Assembly: GCA_944391075.1 (NCBI GenBank)
Contig: CALXSG010000004.1
Location: 10,445 to 74,444, forward strand
Direction of reading: 5' to 3'
DNA: 64,000 nt
Source: an uncultured Rickettsiales bacterium
GTDB taxonomy: Bacteria > Pseudomonadota > Alphaproteobacteria > Rickettsiales > UBA1997
A program made the translations under genes and the position numbers. Below, piece after piece: positions 62,996 through 64,000 of the stretch. The notes below the pieces were generated by a model. That model made no database searches. It had not been told where the DNA came from and was given only the letters and a program-made list of their open reading frames with translations. Numbering within the stretch: position 1 is the first letter of the stretch; each line of letters begins with the position of its first letter.

Positions 62996-63707
62996 AGAAT
63001 TTTAATAATGTTAAAAATAAGTTAATGAAATCCATATATAAATTTAAAGCACCAATAACAGCAACTTTTTCTTTAACTCCTGCATCTCCATTAACATAAT
63101 CATATGTTTGTTTGATTTTTTGTACATCATAAGCTGTTAAACCAGAGAATATGATAACACCTAAAATAGATATAGCAAAATCAACACCTGAACTCTTTAA
63201 GAAAATATTAACTAAACTTGCTATAACTATACCCAAAAGTCCCATAATCAAGAATTGTCCCATTCCTGTTAAATCTTTCTTTGTTACATAACCATATAAA
63301 CTCATACCACCAAACATAGCAGCTGTAATAAAGAATGTTCTAACAATACTAATAGATGTATAAATATAAAAAATTGATGACATTGATAAGCCCATCAAGC
63401 CTGAAAAAATAAATAAATGTGTCTTTGCTTTTTCAGGTGTCATAGACCATACTTTTGCACTAAAATAAAATACATAAAATAATGGAGCCAATGCAACAAC
63501 TATTGATAGTGGTGAACCTAAGAATAATTGTGTTAATGCAGCACTTTTAGCTACTAAAAAAGAAACTAAACCTGTAATTAATAAAGCTATTGACATATAT
63601 TTATAAACATTATCCATATATGTTTTTAAGCCTTCATCATAGGTTACAGTATTCGTTTGCGTCAAATCTAAAAAATTTTTCATAAAATGTCCTTTTATTA
63701 ATATCAT
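62976..63707 (-). CDS. Bax inhibitor-1/YccA family membrane protein
   Basis: MYKYMSIALLITGLVSF, GLTAYDVQKIKQTY, ALNLYMDFINLFLTLL. Confidence 0.95.
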   Translation of the reverse strand: MILIKGHFMKNFLDLTQTNTVTYDEGLKTYMDNVYKYMSIALLITGLVSFLVAKSAALTQLFLGSPLSIVVALAPLFYVFYFSAKVWSMTPEKAKTHLFIFSGLMGLSMSSIFYIYTSISIVRTFFITAAMFGGMSLYGYVTKKDLTGMGQFLIMGLLGIVIASLVNIFLKSSGVDFAISILGVIIFSGLTAYDVQKIKQTYDYVNGDAGVKEKVAVIGALNLYMDFINLFLTLLKFFGNNKN

Positions 63708-63877
63708 ATTATTTAATATAATAACCTTTTATTAAAATGCAATATATTTGTTATAAAATATATAATTTATCTTAATTTCTCTTAAAAAAATTTATAATAA
63801 TTAAACATATTAAAAATATTAATTCATATTATGAAATATTACAAATTTTGATAATATAAATTCTTGTTTTTTATATG

Positions 63878-63906
63878 TTGACAATTATAAAATATTATAT
63901 TATGAT
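63878..63906 (+). promoter_or_regulatory. Near-consensus sigma70 promoter pointing off the window end
   Basis: TTGACA (63878-63883), 17-nt spacer, TATGAT (63901-63906). Confidence 0.6.
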
Positions 63907-64000
63907 AATTTAAGTTTATTTTCGATAGTTAAGACTATTGTGAGGATAAATTTACCGCGGAGCTACTAGCGAGAAGGTAAATATAATTTAGCAAACTAAA

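Noticed and set aside
63976-63995. tmRNA start (…GCAAAC… near window end)
   Set aside because: The GCAAAC is followed directly by TAA, giving no tag reading frame, and no flanking tRNA-like part is visible in the window
1-64000. CRISPR array
   Set aside because: No regularly spaced direct repeats with unique spacers and no cas genes seen; the only periodic repeats are within genes (VirB6 tail, S2 tail, L25 tail)
1-64000. tRNA/rRNA genes or transposons
   Set aside because: No GTTCGAATC-like T-arm with a cloverleaf context and no transposase/integrase-like protein or flanking inverted repeats were recognised; a tRNAscan-SE/Infernal run would be needed to be certain

Overview
AT-rich bacterial chromosome window. 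Gene content suggests an alphaproteobacterium: a DUF1013/TrcR-like protein and a virB3-virB4-virB6-virB6 type IV secretion block in the Rickettsiales rvh order, combined with the fermentative genes pflB and adhE. Housekeeping content includes the S10 ribosomal operon on the minus strand (rpsJ to rpsN, including rpmC which the ORF track missed), rpsB-tsf-pyrH, rplY, rpmG, rnpA, rsmA, trmB, recJ and an RNase E/G. The most interesting observations are: (1) a tandem array of three prepilin-like genes (6418-9175), each with a poly(G) tract of 10-11 nt shortly after its start codon; the tract lengths put copy 2 in frame and copies 1 and 3 out of frame, consistent with phase variation of a pseudopilin/surface family with divergent C-termini; (2) a yybP-ykoY (Mn2+) riboswitch-like sequence upstream of a P-type cation ATPase; (3) a giant VirB6-like protein with a large Gly-rich domain between its membrane segments; (4) a helicase (about 1054 aa) plus an uncharacterised protein plus an XRE-like HTH remnant, a possible defence module; (5) a Ddl / alpha-beta hydrolase / membrane-anchored MurF-like cassette; (6) candidate structured leaders upstream of rpsJ and rpsB. 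All calls come from reading the sequence; no database search was run.
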